DNA from: an uncultured Verrucomicrobiae bacterium
Lineage (GTDB): Bacteria > Chlamydiota > Chlamydiia > Chlamydiales > Rhabdochlamydiaceae
Direction: 5' to 3'
Assembly (NCBI GenBank): GCA_963818965.1
Contig: CAWFUG010000012.1
Span: 51,383 to 115,382 of the forward strand
DNA length: 64,000 bases
Part shown: one piece after another, positions 61,024-64,000 of the stretch
Layout: each line of letters begins with the position of its first letter
How positions within the stretch are numbered: position 1 is the first letter of the stretch
Notes under the pieces: model-generated
The model's input: only the letters and a program-made list of their open reading frames with translations
The model's database searches: none
What the model was told of the DNA's origin: nothing
Translations under genes and position numbers: made by a program

Positions 61024-61889
61024 ATGCTAATTGCACAAATTTCAGATACGCATATCGTGGCCAAACACAAGCATTGGCTGGATCAGCCCCGTACACAAAT
61101 TAATCGGCGGCTTTCCCGAGTCATCGAGTATCTCAATGCCCTCGATCCTGCTCCAGATGTCGTCCTTCTTACAGGAGATTTAACGGATGAAGGAGACACG
61201 TCTGCATACCATTACTTAAGAGAATTGATTAGCCCTCTCAAGATCCCCCTGTATGTTGTTCCCGGCAATCACGACTTACGAGAAGAAATGCGCTCCGCAT
61301 TTATCGATGAGTCTTATATGCCTAAGCAGCGGTTCATTCATTATGCAATAGAGGATTATCCCGTACGGTTGATCGGCCTGGATATGTCGTAGAAGGGAAG
61401 TCTTCTGGAGAACTATGCGAAGAACGGTTTTTCTGGCTCGAGGAAACTCTGAAATCAGCACCTGAAAAACCCACGCTAATTTTCATGCACCACCCTCCCA
61501 TCAAGACGGGATTTAAATTATTCGATAATATCATCTGTTCAGCTCCTCCTAAATTTGAAATGCTCATGAGAGAACATAAAAACCTTTTAGGAATTATCTC
61601 AGGCCATTACCACCATCTTTGTATGAGCTCATTTGGCGGCAAGCCCTGTTTTATCGCTCCCAGCGTAGCACCTGTGCATCATATCGCTCATCCCGATGAT
61701 GATTGTGTTACAGCCCTAGAACTCGAAGACCCAGCTATTACTCTGCATTTGTATCAGGAAGGAAATCCATTGCTCAGTCATGTGAAACGAATTAAAGAAA
61801 AATACGATCGCATCGATTGGAAAATAATCAAACAGAGGCGTGTTGCACAAGAGCTAATTGAAAAAACAGATGAGTTATTAAAAACTTAA
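61024..61889 (+). CDS. CpdA/GpdQ-like metallophosphoesterase, split by a frameshift near 61385
   Basis: ISDTH, TGDL, PGNHD; MHHPP, SGHYH in the second frame. Confidence 0.85.
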
Positions 61890-62768
61890 ACAGCCGTTTC
61901 AAGAAAGTGACGATTAAACTGGTAAATGCGCGCATGGGAACTGTTCCATGTGCCACGCTTGACCGTAAAACCAACGGTTGCAATTGCTTTACTCAGACGT
62001 AAGAGAGGCATCATCGCCTCATAATCAGGGACAGGCCGAATACTCGCATAGCCCGCAACAAAAGCTTTTCTACTCTTAGGATCGATCAGCCACTCCCCGT
62101 GCTCCATAGGGACAAAATCTTCTTGAGCAAAGCCCGCGCGAGCAGATGCCCAATCGATGATTCCCTGGAGTTTTCCTTCATAGACGATCATATTGCCGGG
62201 TCTAAAATCGCGATGCACGATGCAAGGGCCATCGCCTAAAACTAAAAGATGCACATGTGCATCATAATAGCGACGGCAGCGTTCCACAAGCGCTTTGGGC
62301 AAATGCCCGCGACACTCCTCAAGACCCTCTCAAATTTCAAGGTGTAATCGATGCGTGGGTCTGCATTTAATTTCTTTGGCTCTATTAAATCGCCGTAACC
62401 AACAACTCGGTTGAGGTGAAGGGTTGCAAGCAATGCTCCCAATTCCTGAGCCAATGAAATGTCGATCTCGAGACCTTAGCCAATGACCCAGGGAGGTATT
62501 CCATCAAGATCGCGCCATGGATCTTTTCTTCCGGTGGCACGACCTGGATGATTTGTGGCACTGGAAGTACAGCATTCAAGTATGTTAGACAATACACCTC
62601 GCGCAAATAATCTTTGCTGCGTGCGCTTATCTTTAAAATGAGCTGTGTCCCATTGGGCAGGGCAACTCGATAAACAACAGCCACCATCGCCTCTTCATGA
62701 TCGATCCGTGAAAAGGTCGTATCTTGAAGATTAAGGCGTTCTTTATACAAAGACAGAAAATCATCCAT
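61886..62768 (-). CDS. Aminoglycoside phosphotransferase/choline kinase-like protein with two frameshifts
   Basis: ILKI, LMEYLPG, HRDFRPGN, IIDW spread over three frames. Confidence 0.8.
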
Positions 62769-62784
62769 GCATTGCCTTTCCAAA

Positions 62785-62804
62785 TTTGAGTCCACTTGGG
62801 TATA
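62785..62804 (-). repeat. Type D element terminus
   Basis: TTTGAGTCCACTTGGGTATA is identical to 45541..45560. Confidence 0.75.
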
Positions 62805-62855
62805 TAGACAAAAAGAAATACCTCATGCTACAATATATGCTATTTAACATTAATA

Positions 62856-63599
62856 ATGGTTGTTTTTATGGCTTTCTATTTACCCCCAGTAGATTACGCT
62901 CCCCCTCAACAAGGCTACGTGAATATTATCTTTGTCAGTAGCGCTACTGCCGCAAAACCTGCGTTACCAGAAGGAGTCGCTCTCTCTTCTGAAGATGATA
63001 CAAAATTTTTAATGGGGACCGATGATTATCCCTTAAGCGAACAGGGGCAAATTGAGGCTGCACGTTTCAGAGATGCCATTAACAGCGTTTCAGAACTCAG
63101 CATCGCGCGCATCTACAGTTCCTCCCTGCTAAAATCACGCGAAACAGCACAACCACTGGCGATGAGCAGAGATCTCGAGATCATTGTCGATGATCGGCTC
63201 AAGGAGATAAGCAAAGGGGCCATTCAGAGCAGCTACAAAAGCGCCTACAGCGCCAACGAACAATACCAAAAATACAAAAAGCTCACCGTTCAGGAGCAGT
63301 ATTTTGAACCGATGGGAGAAGGCGGGGAAACAAAAGAGCATTGCACCAAGCAGATGATTGGATTTCTCAATGATCTCTGCAAAGAGTCCAGTCTCAATGG
63401 AAAAACGATAGTAGTCTTTACTCACGGAACACCTCTTAAAGTGCTCTATACCCTGAGCATGGAAGAGAATAGAGAAGCGATCACTCATCCTGAAAATTTA
63501 AGAGAATATCTCCACAAATTCCTTCCTCTAGATGACCCGAAAAAATGCGAAGCGATCCAGTATCAGCTCAACATAAGAACGAACCGCATTGACGTTTAA
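62856..63599 (+). CDS. Histidine phosphatase-fold protein
   Basis: DYPLSEQG, YSSSLLKSRETA, LKEISKG, VFTHG; N-terminal RHG absent. Confidence 0.7.
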   Translation: MVVFMAFYLPPVDYAPPQQGYVNIIFVSSATAAKPALPEGVALSSEDDTKFLMGTDDYPLSEQGQIEAARFRDAINSVSELSIARIYSSSLLKSRETAQPLAMSRDLEIIVDDRLKEISKGAIQSSYKSAYSANEQYQKYKKLTVQEQYFEPMGEGGETKEHCTKQMIGFLNDLCKESSLNGKTIVVFTHGTPLKVLYTLSMEENREAITHPENLREYLHKFLPLDDPKKCEAIQYQLNIRTNRIDV

Positions 63600-63668
63600 C
63601 GCCAAGCTTCAATTTAATGAAACGGGAATTACAACTGCAAATTACCCTCGGTTAAAAAAATAACATCC

Positions 63669-63949
63669 CTACAAGATCTCGAACGCATGCAATTGCGTCT
63701 CCTGAGGTGCAAAAGAGACGGAGATCTCCTGAATGGAATCTTTGGGAAAAGCCTCAGATAATCGCGTCAAAAAGAGTTGCAACGTCTCCCGAGCGCCTTG
63801 AGCGCAGTCGCTACGGTCCCATCGGAAAGATTGCGGACAGTGCCGACGAGATGGAGCGCATCTGCCAATCGCTTCGTCGTAGCGCGAAAACCCACTTTCT
63901 GCACTCTTCCGCTCACCACTGCATGGAGTTCCCAGTTTTTACTCATCAT
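63669..63949 (-). CDS. acyP: Acylphosphatase with a frameshift near 63810
   Basis: GRVQKVGFR, GTVRNLSDGTV; an alternative frame continues CAQG...AFEIL*. Confidence 0.8.
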
Positions 63950-64000
63950 CGTTAGAGGTCACTCCAGTTTTTCGACCCACAGGGCCATTAAAGGCGGCTG

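Overview
Chromosomal window from an environmental member of the Chlamydiae. This is inferred from the chlamydia-type long GreA, the large ThyX, a TopA with a C-terminal SWIB-like domain, and F-box and YopT-like effector candidates. Housekeeping genes: prmA, groES-groEL with a CIRCE operator, namZ-like, uvrD/pcrA, rpoN, topA, uvrB, thyX, hemB, greA, rdgB. Glycan loci: tandem GT11, GT9, three tandem GT32, and a manC/GT4/O-antigen ligase-like operon. A visibly AT-richer block at ~38.6-48.6 kb carries an MFS, an SSS transporter, msrA-msrB, a MerA-like flavoprotein with DedA/TVP38, and a DUF692 (MNIO)/DUF2063/DoxX operon whose precursor is a predicted lipoprotein with eight Cys spaced exactly six residues apart. 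The strongest unannotated signal is a dispersed family of TA-flanked palindromic elements (full size 167 bp, about 14 copies or fragments). They share a conserved core but have about six different outer arms of near-equal length. They nest inside a second palindrome type, contribute codons or stops to genes, and half-copies mark apparent deletion junctions. Several genes, including topA and uvrB, carry single-base frameshifts that are probably assembly errors. No rRNA, tRNA, CRISPR array or transposase was recognised.
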